Source: Paraspadella gotoi
Lineage: Eukaryota > Animalia > Chaetognatha
Assembly (NCBI GenBank): GCA_051294375.1
Contig: CM119271.1
Location: forward strand, 4,716,421 to 4,780,420
DNA length: 64,000 nt
Direction: 5' to 3'
Shown here piece by piece: positions 62,567 through 64,000 of this stretch. The notes beneath the pieces are model-generated. The model had not been told where the DNA came from, made no database searches, and saw only the letters and a program-made list of their open reading frames with translations. The position numbers and the translations under genes were made by a program. Position 1 is the stretch's first letter; every line of letters begins with the position of its first letter.

Positions 62567-63802
62567 AATTCTATCATGTTGCTCCTCTCCACCACGCCAA
62601 TGCTCTGTAACAAGAGCGGCAAGAAGAGAAAAACAAACAAATAAAGTCGAATTGGTGGAGCGAAAAATTTCGAAAAAATTTCACGTAATGTACGCCAAAG
62701 GCGAAAATTCAAAACGAATCATAAAAATAAACATACCGCTTAAGAGAGACCATCTCCAGACGCATCAACCAATGTTCGCATAATAGAAAGCCGGATAGGA
62801 TGACGTCGAGCTGATTCGTTTCTAGGCTACTAGCCGGGACTTCCGAACGCACCTTGTCTGCCCCCTAGCCACCATACGCCAAAGAATAAGACGATGCATT
62901 CGATCTCTTTGATCGCACCAGACGGCGATGAAGAGAAACCCGGCGACGCCCTACCGGGCCGATCTCGCTTACTGAGCGGAGATGCGGGAGCCGGTCCGGG
63001 AGGTGGAGGAGGAGGAGACAGCTCATGTCCATGAACGGCTCCTGGGCCAGCCCCTTGAGAAGAGGACGAAGTGCCCGCTCGCTTTCGGCCGCTGAAAAGC
63101 GGGCTCGACTCTGACCCGCGAGTCTCAGACAAATAAATGGGCCAAAACCGAAAAAACGAAATAATCAGAAATTTCGCAAAAAAATAGATATAAATCAAAT
63201 ATTCCAGCAGGAATATTGGTATACTAACAGAAATATCCAAGTATACTTATAGGAATATCAAGTATTCTAACAGGAATATCCAAGTATTCCAACAGGAACA
63301 TTCAAAGTATTTCAACAGAAATAATCAAGTATTTCAACAGAAATATCCAAGTATTCCAAAAGGAATATCCAAGTGTTCCAATATCCAAGAATTCCAACAG
63401 GAATATCCAAATATATCAACAGGAATACCCAAGCATTCCAACAGAAATACCTAAGTATTTCAACAGGGATATCCAAGTATTTCAAAAGAAATAACCAAGT
63501 ATTTCAACAGGAATATCAAAAAATATTCAAAGGATAATCTGAAAACATTTCAAAAAAAATATCAAAAATAAATTAAATTACAACTTTCACGAAAAACCAG
63601 TGAACACGTGGTCGTGAAACAAAAAGTGATTTCTCTTTCCGATGCATCCTGGAAGATGGAGCTGAGAGGAGGAAGAGGAGGAGAGGAGCAGGAGGAGGAG
63701 GAGTCTGCTCCTTCTGCTTTTCTCTTTTGTCTTTCTTGTGGACACACGACATCTGGAACAAAAGAGCATTGGCGTGGTGGAGAGGAGCAACATGATAGAA
63801 TT
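62567..63802. repeat. Perfect 40-bp inverted repeat pair (62567-62606 / 63763-63802)
   Basis: AATTCTATCATGTTGCTCCTCTCCACCACGCCAATGCTCT and its exact reverse complement. Confidence 0.9.
63195..63530. repeat. ~21-bp minisatellite CAACAGGAATATCCAAGTATT, ~15 diverged copies
   Basis: Directly visible tandem array. Confidence 0.9.
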
Positions 63803-64000
63803 CACTAATAAAAAATTCATAAAAAATATCAGATGGATTGGCTTTTTCGTTTGACCTGCAACTCTTCAGAAAAGTTTCTTTTATTTTATATTATAATTAA
63901 AACCGATATAAAATGGCGTAGAATGCATCAAATGTTTAAAATGAATACATTTTCGGAATCGGCAGGAGCTCAGCCTTCTAAATTTGTATTCCATTTTGGC

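Noticed and set aside
63195-63530. Possible CRISPR array (also 59169-59270 and 11104-11170)
   Set aside because: Head-to-tail units without unique spacers, eukaryotic context, no cas genes.

Overview
Eukaryotic (animal, probably a non-vertebrate metazoan) nuclear DNA with short AT-rich spliceosomal introns and GC/CpG-rich exons, so most of the supplied ORF track is spurious and genes were assembled by hand from GT-AG/GC-AG exons. The left half (1-31 kb) is gene-sparse and (GA)n-rich. It holds the 5' part of a CatSper3-like channel (-), an endophilin-like BAR-SH3 gene (+) and a ~25-exon laminin gamma chain gene (+) that carries a 1-nt frameshift in exon 2. The stretch from 32 to 58.6 kb is gene-dense: ILVBL, an intronless acidic multi-SIM protein, an HMGA-like AT-hook protein, HP1/CBX, GPAM, RPL34 head-to-head with thioredoxin, a 7-finger C2H2 protein, a TM+PPxY protein, CDKL5 and an intronless RING-H2 protein with an FxF-rich tail. 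The window ends in a decayed DIRS-type tyrosine-recombinase retrotransposon with minisatellites and a 40-bp inverted-repeat system. The most notable signals are (1) a ~710-bp miniature LTR retrotransposon whose LTRs contain a tRNA-like Pol III A/B-box module, with a diverged relative at ~8.4 kb, (2) a TRAIP-like RING fused to a nucleoporin-like FxF region, (3) GAGA-factor-like zinc fingers in a (GA)n-rich genome and (4) a ~90-bp repeat found only inside introns. All calls come from manual reading; no database search was run.
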